A stretch of DNA of 63,995 nucleotides, counting the filler, from Stramenopiles sp. TOSAG23-3 (taxonomy: Eukaryota): assembly GCA_900128585.1 (NCBI GenBank). It is 4 parts of 4 records of this genome, joined end to end, with 100 filler letters (N's around TTAATTAATTAA, not from the genome) between each part and the next. Parts side by side here need not be neighbours in the genome. Positions count along the whole stretch, not along the records: positions 49,329 to 63,995 come from LT642550.1; 3 more parts are not named here. One strand, given 5' to 3'. Below, one piece after another: positions 55,935 through 63,995 of this stretch. Positions within the stretch are counted from its first letter, which is position 1. Each line of letters opens with the position of its first letter. The position numbers were made by a program, and so were the translations under genes. The notes below the pieces were generated by a model. It was not told the origin of the DNA. It made no database searches and saw only the letters and a list, made by a program, of their open reading frames with translations.

Positions 55935-56764
55935 ATGTGAGAGACCAGGTGAGAACATACGAAATACGCCCCGAAGTAGAAAACCAAGGATAATCTTCGC
56001 CGATTTTGAAATAATATAAACAAAAAATTGGCTATTATTAAGAAAAAAATGGCTGTTATTTTAAGTAATTAAAATTCATCTTCTTCATATACTGCGAAGT
56101 TCATTAAGAAGATAAATTTTAATTAATATGGCATACATGCTTAATTACTTAAAATAAATAACAGCCATTATTTGTTTTTAAAGTAAAATTTTACATTACA
56201 ACCACAGTTTAAATACTCTAAGGTACATTAAAAACATTAATTATAATTAAATACAACAAGTACAAATGACCATTTAAGTGACAAGGATATATGATTACTA
56301 TAATCACACCAGTAGAGTTCAGTTCGCAGTACGTAAATTACTTAAATAACAGCCATAATTTTGTTTTTAAATACAAAAAATAATTGGCTGTTATTTAAAA
56401 CAGAATATATAGTATGTTTTAAAATAACAGACAATTTTTCGTTTTAAAATAAAATTTCGGACTTGGGAGAGACATACGAATATGTCCTGGAAATCGCTGA
56501 CCGGCCTAGCCGATTAGGATTCTCAGAAGGTACACTTACATCTGTATGTGTATACGAACAGGAAACGATCAAACTCAATACCGATCATTATTTCATTGAG
56601 CAATTTATGCCGCTGTGTACTTTGAAGACCAATCAATTGGGATCTTGGCCAGAACTTGGGGAGGATCTGCAATAGGAGGAGATATTGATTCTTGAATTGA
56701 CACCTTCTTTTTTCTTTTTATACATATTTTACCTACATAAATAACCGCCAGTTTTTTGTTTTTT
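55935..56764. mobile_element. Cluster of seven terminal modules with family A (56270-56368) and family B (56468-56720) bodies
   Basis: 56528-56718 is near-identical to 39541-39718; modules occur in both orientations. Confidence 0.78.
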
Positions 56765-56867
56765 AATTATATTTTCGTAGCTGACAGAAAATGTTTTACG
56801 TACTATCATGATACGCATTTTGTTTTTTCGTATTGTTAAGATCCAGAAAAAATATCCTCCCGCGGTG

Positions 56868-59108
56868 TTAACTTATCCTTCTGACAACTTTCCTCATATG
56901 GTACTCATGCAAATCACCTCTGAGAATCATTACTTGGATGGCTTTTCGCACCATTGCTTCTGCAAACCCTTTCTCGACAAATTCTTTTACAAGAGTTGCA
57001 ACAGGGACGTCTGAGCCAACTGAAATTCGCCTTTTAAATAAACCCTCAATAATTTGAATTCGTTCCCGTGACTGTGGATTGAGCAGCGAGGAGTGACTGG
57101 AAGCCATAGACATACTTGCAATACCAGTCGACACTTTAAACAATCGAATGGCTTCAGCTACATGGGCTGCTGTGACAGACACAGAAAGGCTCATTTTTGC
57201 TAAGGCTTCAGATATGCGAACAATTGCCTCTAGCTGTCGCACAGTTATAGGAATGGAAGATGCTTTTTCATCGCTGGCAACATTTCTTTGTCTTTGAGAG
57301 TGACGAATTTTGATGTAATGACTTTGAAGAATATCTGCCGCACTTTCAGATAGAGAGGGTGCGCATTTCATGCGGCAATATGATATAAAGCGTTTCATAG
57401 TACTTATAGTCAAGTCATTATCGTACTCTAAACCGTTTTTTTCATTTGCGACGATGCCATTAGAGTTAATGTGAACACCCATAACATGCTCCGCGATTTC
57501 TCTGTCTTTCTTTTCGTCGCGAATATCTCGAACGATAAAAATGAGATCGAAACGGGATAAAATTGTTGGCAAAAAATCAATATTTTCAGCTGCCGACTTC
57601 GAGTCATCATAACTTCCATACACAGGATTTGCTGCTGCGAGTACAGATGATCTTGAATTTAAAATGGTCGTGATTCCAGCTTTGGCAATTGAAATGGTTT
57701 GCTGCTCCATTGCTTCATGAATGGCTACTCTGTCACTTTCCCTCATTTTGTCAAATTCATCAATGCAACAGACACCTCCGTCTGACAACACCATGGCCCC
57801 TCCTTCAAGATAAAACTCGCCTTTTGCATCTTTTATCACAGATGCTGTTAAGCCCGCGGCACTGCTACCTTTTCCTGAGGTATACACACCTACAGGTGCA
57901 GCTTTTTCCACAAACTTAAGAAATTGAGACTTGGCAGTTGAAGGGTCTCCCAGGAGAAGAATGTTGATATCACCGCGCAGTGCCATTCCATCAGGAAGCA
58001 GTTTGCGCGATCCACCGAACAACAAACATGCAATCGCCTTTTTTATGTCCACAGTGTAGTCGCCAGAAATAGATGGGCAAATGCTTTTCCAAACGTTCTC
58101 ATATACATTCGAATTTTTTGCTAATGACTGGAATTTTTCTTCATCACTTGGATTAAAGGTGACAGCGGCTCGCCCGGATCCTTCTGCAGTTACCCGCATG
58201 CCTAACACCTTAAAAAATGGAGTTCGAACACTTTGGCTTGCAGTCTGGCTACCGCCTACTCTCTTTTTTGAACTCTTTCGGAAGATAGAGTATACTCCCA
58301 TTATTGAAACCCTGGTGCCCGGTGAAACTCTATCGACAAGGTTTCTGTCTGCGGCGAGCAAAATGTGCCTTGGCATTTCTCCAGTCGGAACTTGCTCTGG
58401 GGCCTCTTGGAGCTTAAGTGTTTGCTGATCCACATACATCGACTCGTCAGGTACAATTAAGTAAGGGTCAACACCGCACGTTTTGTTTCCAATAAGAGTC
58501 TGTTCCACCATACTTTCTCTAACATTTTGAGATTTACGACATTTTCTGGGTATAGATATTCCCTGATAAGGTTCTGTGCACTTAACGGAAATTGAATCTC
58601 CACAGGATCGACACCGCAGAGTGACTGTGTGCGCCTTAGCCGTGGAGCGACCTGACGAAATAACAATACCAGAAATTTGCAAAAGTGCATTCACGTCAGT
58701 CGCGCCCAAATCTCGCATTCGTACACAATTTTGCGAGCTACTCAACAGAACCTGGAAATTTGATATCTCTAGTAAAGGAGTCATTAATAATTCACTGACA
58801 ACTACCCTCAAAGCGTGTTCAAATAAGTTTATAACTTTGTTTGGTTCCTTTTGAAGAATCTCTAAGAGACGTGGGTCATAGCTGTTCAAGTCTTTGACTT
58901 TGACTTCTAAAAAATATTTTCTCCGACGATAGTTTTGCAACAGTTTTTCCCTATAGATGAATCGATGTTTGTCCCTGAAAGTTCTTATAAAGTCCTTGAA
59001 AATACGTTGGGTTTCAGATGCGGGCAACACAGACGCAGTAGATAGGTGTTCGGTCTGTGGTGCAAGTTGTTGATTGCTGGTGTAAACGCCTCCCACGTCC
59101 CAATCCAT
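56868..59108 (-). CDS. MCM5: DNA replication licensing factor MCM5
   Basis: QEAPEQVPTGEMPRH, GDPSTAKSQ, IDEFDKM, SRFD, IPITVRQLEA, and the N-terminal MDWD typical of MCM5. Confidence 0.96.
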   Translation of the reverse strand: MDWDVGGVYTSNQQLAPQTEHLSTASVLPASETQRIFKDFIRTFRDKHRFIYREKLLQNYRRRKYFLEVKVKDLNSYDPRLLEILQKEPNKVINLFEHALRVVVSELLMTPLLEISNFQVLLSSSQNCVRMRDLGATDVNALLQISGIVISSGRSTAKAHTVTLRCRSCGDSISVKCTEPYQGISIPRKCRKSQNVRESMVEQTLIGNKTCGVDPYLIVPDESMYVDQQTLKLQEAPEQVPTGEMPRHILLAADRNLVDRVSPGTRVSIMGVYSIFRKSSKKRVGGSQTASQSVRTPFFKVLGMRVTAEGSGRAAVTFNPSDEEKFQSLAKNSNVYENVWKSICPSISGDYTVDIKKAIACLLFGGSRKLLPDGMALRGDINILLLGDPSTAKSQFLKFVEKAAPVGVYTSGKGSSAAGLTASVIKDAKGEFYLEGGAMVLSDGGVCCIDEFDKMRESDRVAIHEAMEQQTISIAKAGITTILNSRSSVLAAANPVYGSYDDSKSAAENIDFLPTILSRFDLIFIVRDIRDEKKDREIAEHVMGVHINSNGIVANEKNGLEYDNDLTISTMKRFISYCRMKCAPSLSESAADILQSHYIKIRHSQRQRNVASDEKASSIPITVRQLEAIVRISEALAKMSLSVSVTAAHVAEAIRLFKVSTGIASMSMASSHSSLLNPQSRERIQIIEGLFKRRISVGSDVPVATLVKEFVEKGFAEAMVRKAIQVMILRGDLHEYHMRKVVRRIS

Positions 59109-62100
59109 AGAAAAGGACAAATTATTGATTAGTACAGGGATTAAACTTTGGGCAACTTAGGCGTTTTTTGAAACAAGCAAGACGTACATATAATCCTATT
59201 TGAAAAAATAGGATTGTAAGAAGAGCAGCAAGTGCACAACTCTTCGAGCAAAATTAACGGATACGGCATGGCAGAAAACGGAAAAGTCTGAAAGACGGAG
59301 CCCATCAAATATTTTTCATATGATAAAATATTATAATTTTTTTTTATTATTACAGTATTATTACAGTATATTGTTTTAATAAAAAATCTTCGTAATGTAC
59401 AATATTTACGTAATACTTTTTTATAATAGACCTACCACAAAAGCATAAATGTCAGTCGTCTTCTGTCCAGCAGAGGAGAAGTATTGTGTACAATAAAAGG
59501 AGTACACCCCGTTCAAGAGAATACTGTGACCTGTGATCCATCTCAGAACAAACGCAGAAGGATAAAGGAAGGGTTTTACAAAAAACACTTTTTCTTCCGT
59601 ACTACGAGTAAACTTTGATTTATTGAATTGAAATCTAAAATCTATTTAATCTATTAGCTGTATCGATGCTTTTCCTTCCTTCGGTGATAGGGGTATAATG
59701 GAATGATCTCATTCCCGCCATTTTTCTGTTTTCTGAGATGCCTTGGAACCGCTCTTTAACTACCTTGGTACAGCTTTCTGAAAATATTATTTTTACAAGA
59801 CTTGACGCATTATTTTATTTTCAACTTTTTACTAGGACTGTATGTAGTGTTTACAAATAATTTGTTTCCCTTCAATTGCCAATATGAGAAAATTTGGACT
59901 TATTGATGGCGCTCTTAAATAAGCCCAAAATAAAACATACATCAGCAGAGATACGCAACCTGGGTACCCCAGTTGTAGTAAGCTGAGCTTTAAGCCCCCC
60001 GGTCCTCGCAGTTTTTAAGGATTCTGCGGAACCGACTTCAAAAAGGTCACTTTTCCAAATAGTAGAATTTTCACTGCTGTGTATCATATATGGAGTTTGC
60101 AGCAAAATAACAAAACATTGTTCTCATTTTTTAAAAATAAAAACACATTATTTCATTTATTTTAATAAACTACACCAATAATTGTATGCCGAGGGCAGCC
60201 GAGGGGATCGGGTACCACGGATTTATTTTGATTCTATTTTACATTTCATGGGATCCTCTAATTGAGGTGTAACAGCAGGGAGGCCCTAAGTATAATTGAC
60301 CTAATTGTCGATAGAATGGCAGGAGCCGCTCGGTAGAGATTGTAAGCATTCATATAGACACAGCACCCTTCGCTATGCTTTTCCTATTCGGCTGATAACT
60401 CAACACTCAGGCCAATTATTTGTAGTGAATCGATCCGTTTACGTTTAGTTTAATAATAATTTTTTTCCTTCTTCTTCTTCATCACCCATTATTTTCTTCC
60501 TCCGCTCCTTCCTTGTTGTGGTGGTGTTAATTATAATAATAATAACTTATTATTTTAGTAGTAGAAGAAGAGAAGAAGGAGATAATTAAGTTTTCACTAA
60601 TCCCAAGTGATCAATGAGACCGATGAAACAGCTTCCTTTATGCGCTAAGAATTTCTTTGTTATTTATATGCTATTTGACATAATGGTATTTGCCTGCTAC
60701 ATCCTATTCAAACACTAATCTATCAAAGTTCATTAGAATACCTTGAAGTACAACCGAAAAAACATGTAAAGTTGAATTCTCATATATACAAGTATAATGT
60801 TAATAGGCAGATAGTATTTGATGTATTGCAGCGAATTGAGTATACCTCCATTTCATTAGAATACACTTTCGTGTAAATAAAATAAGATGCGGTTGTTTAA
60901 ACATGTAATTACAAAGAGTACATACAAATACCGATTAATAAAGGCATGACATTTACAGTTACTGTACCTAACTTTTGGCGTAACCCTACAAAAAGTCGGG
61001 GGTGGGACACACACCTCGCATAAGATTAGAGGAATCCCATCCATTTAATTCACAATTACATACACACAGTATGTGAATGAATCTTAATTCTTTAGCATTT
61101 AACTAATAATCACATACACACAGTATGTGGTGAATCTTGATTATATTTTCGTTCTCGTCGGTGTTATACATATATCTGGTCAGGTTGGTGGGCTAAATCT
61201 TTCTTCAGATGAAGAACTGTCGTCAATCTTCTGGGGTCTGTCTCTTTTTGGCTGGGAAAGACTTTGGTTGAAAATGATAAGCTCGTCACATCTTCGCCAT
61301 ACGAAGAGCTGCCGTCTATCTTTTGGGGTCTGTATCTTTTTAACTTCGTTTGTTTGTTCTTAGCTAAATCAACTGGCGCTGCTTTGTAGATTCCGACACA
61401 CTTTTTACGAGCTCCTTTAGTAGTTCCAATCCAGTTTTCAGAGAAATGAAAGTTTCTGTCTTTCTGGAAGACCCGCTGCAGAAGAGGGGTTGCAAAATCC
61501 TTAGCGAATCGCGTAGTAACCAAGGGTCCGCACTTGGAATCATATTGTGGGATGGTGGTATATTAGTGCGTCGCCTCTGAGGTGAGGTTCCTGCGATATT
61601 GCGTTTTGAAGAAGTGAGTACCTTTGGTTTAACCTCCATTTCTGTTGGGCGTCCCATGTATGCCCCGCGAGATTACTGGCCGTGTCCATGTGGGTGTCGT
61701 AGTTTAATGAATATCAGTTCGTGCCGATCTACTATAAGGCATGCTAGATGGTTCATCATCATTTTTCGTCGCCTCTGAAAATCAGGGAGATCGCATACCT
61801 GGTGCCCTGCTTTTGCTTTCATGGTCCCATGGTATCCAAGGACGAAGAAGATGTACCTTTTGAAAGTGTTACGAGCCGCGTTGAAAACGTTAAATTAAGA
61901 AGAAGAAGAAACCTAATTTAGAAACGTTAAATTAAGATAACTGAATTTTCTTTTTTTTTCTTTCTCAAGGTAACATATTTAAAACAAAATAGAAATATTT
62001 ACTTTGTAATTTAGATCAATTAATTAGTTTTTTTCTCCCCAAGAGATTGGTAGCTTGTCGTCGGGCGAAGAAATGCGGTCTCCATCATTTTCATCTGAAG

Positions 62101-62824
62101 GTTTTCACCAGTTAGAAAGAGAAAAAAATAGTCCCCAGGAGACTGGTGGCAGTTCCTCATCGGAAGAATAATTTAGCCCATCAACATCACCCGACGTATG
62201 TATAGCACAACGTAAGAATACCCCTGACACCCAGGATATTCGCTCCCGCTTGGATAGCCCCGGCTATACAAAAACCAATATCAGCCACTGTTCAAGCCGC
62301 AGCGAGTTGCACCGAGGATAAGGAACTGATTATACAAACGGTAATATCGTCCGTGCAGAGGATGCACTGCCTAGTATGTACTATTTTTCAAACACGCCTA
62401 GGGGTGAACCGGTTGACTAAGGTAAAAGTGGTTTCGCGGATGCCCCTTTGCCATCTGAACGTAATTGGGGTGCCAGGAGGGTAGCATCACCCCGACTGCT
62501 CTAAGAGTAAGTAACGTTGGGAACAATGTCAGGTCAATGGTGAATAGAAGAACGATTATTAATTTTCAATAGATGTTCACAAAAGCAAAAAGATAAAAGA
62601 AAAGAAACAACGAGAAAAAAAAAGCGAAAGTAATAGAAACTCGAGACGGAAGAAGAAAAGAAAATTGAGACGGAAAAAATAATAACCTGAGTGTGCTTTA
62701 CAATCAAAAACAATAATTGAAAACATTTACTTGTAATTTAGTACCTCAATACAATCCAGTAGTGAGCAATCCAGTAATGCCGCGACCCTAATTATTGGTG
62801 TCACCCTCGAACAACGGCACAGAC

Positions 62825-63315
62825 GTACAATTATCAATGCAATCGTCAGAGGAAGGGGACCTGAGCATCGCCAGCAGGACGAGATACCAACTAGCACGCC
62901 AAAGAACCACAACCACAGCAGCACTGCACACCGAATCTTCACCATCGCAACAGAACCCACAAACGCCGATTACGCACACCGACCCAAACGACCCTCTTCC
63001 GACACCTCAATTCACAAATGACATTTCCCTGACAACGAGCACCCTTAAAACATCCACGCCGCTGCTTGCAAAATCACAAAGGACTGATTCATTCACGAGC
63101 GAGACATCGGATGAGGAAGTTGACTACGGGTCTTTTGACACCGACACAAACCGACATACTGATTAGGTTCATGCATGGAGTACATATGAGAATGATAGTC
63201 CAGACTAAGTGACAAGAGTATATTTTTTTAGTAAAATCTCAGGAGCAGAGATAAGTTCGCATTACATGAAGACGATAAATTTTAACTACTTAAATGACAG
63301 ACAATTTTTGGTTTT
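62825..63315 (+). mobile_element. Longest family A copy: Ser/Thr-rich open frame to 63166, ~150-nt tail, degenerate terminal module
   Basis: Homologous to 49428-49930, 21741-22034 and 39248-39480. Confidence 0.8.
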
Positions 63316-63509
63316 AATTTAGATAAACTGAATCAGTTTTTTTTTAAATTATAAATGGGGTACATAAGAGGGATAAAGTGAAGACTAAAAGACAGGAATT
63401 GTCTCTCTTATGATATTAACTTTTTGTTGCTATTTGCTTGTTATCTTGTCTTCCTTGTTTGATGGATATGGTACAGAATACAGAATATGCTGAGAGTAAT
63501 GATGCAAAG

Positions 63510-63610
63510 ACTATACGAATACGCCCTGAAGTGGAAAATCAACGATACTCTTCACCGGTATAGATCTTCAGAAGATACATATACGCCAATTATGTATACG
63601 ACCAGGTCAC
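63510..63610 (+). repeat. Diverged family B-related segment
   Basis: atacgaatacgccctgaagtggaaaatc resembles 55957-55985, and tcagaagatacat...tgtatacgaccagg resembles 56523-56562. Confidence 0.55.
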
Positions 63611-63995
63611 CTTACGCCAAGACTAATCAGAATAGGTTTTGGGGCAGATCCAGGCATCTACAACACAATAATAGCCGTTGTCTCAAACAATCTTATGATA
63701 GTTTGACAGACGACCATCAGAATATTTTTTCGGATAGACCCAGACATGTACAAAACATATTCAGACATCTATCTGGCAAAAATTGTATTCTGGAACACAA
63801 GGAGGAGTTTTGGTTCTTGAATTAGTTTGCCTAATGTTTTTTCTTTTGTAGTGTCTTAAAACATACTATTTATGCATGATTAGTTTTTAAAATAATTCAG
63901 TTCGCAGTACATTAATATTATTTCATAGAGCAGTACAACAGACAACGAGCACCTCAAAAAAAAATAAGCCGCTGTTTACTTGCCAGTTGGAATCT

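Overview
This is eukaryotic nuclear DNA (standard code, intron-poor, probably a unicellular protist; a stramenopile affinity is only an inference). It is four unrelated contigs of about 16 kb, joined by artificial N44-TTAATTAATTAA-N44 linkers at 16362, 32813 and 49229. Recognisable genes: HPRT, class III ADH/GSNOR (frameshifted by an apparent deletion), an AtuD-like acyl-CoA dehydrogenase, NDOR1, a BAF-like protein, a MAP2K, Sec24, an LRR protein, a TBC Rab-GAP, a U2AF35-like factor, an HSL-family esterase, an HMT1/ABCB6-type ABC transporter, MOCS1A, DLST, a DUF389 protein and MCM5. Several proteins have unusual architectures: a giant Cys-rich/EGF membrane protein with cytosolic EF-hands; BRO1 + Zn motifs + IQ; PH + ubiquitin-like; SH3-SH3-ankyrin; and a tandem pair of Myb-like genes. 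The strongest unexplained signal is a ~35-bp module (AAACAAGAAAATTGGCTGTTATTTAAGTAATTAAA) present in about 27 copies on all four contigs. It lies almost only downstream of gene 3' ends, usually in a fixed orientation relative to the neighbouring gene. It is the shared terminus of at least two families of variably truncated repeats and also forms inverted pairs. A different MITE-like element sits in divergent promoter regions instead.
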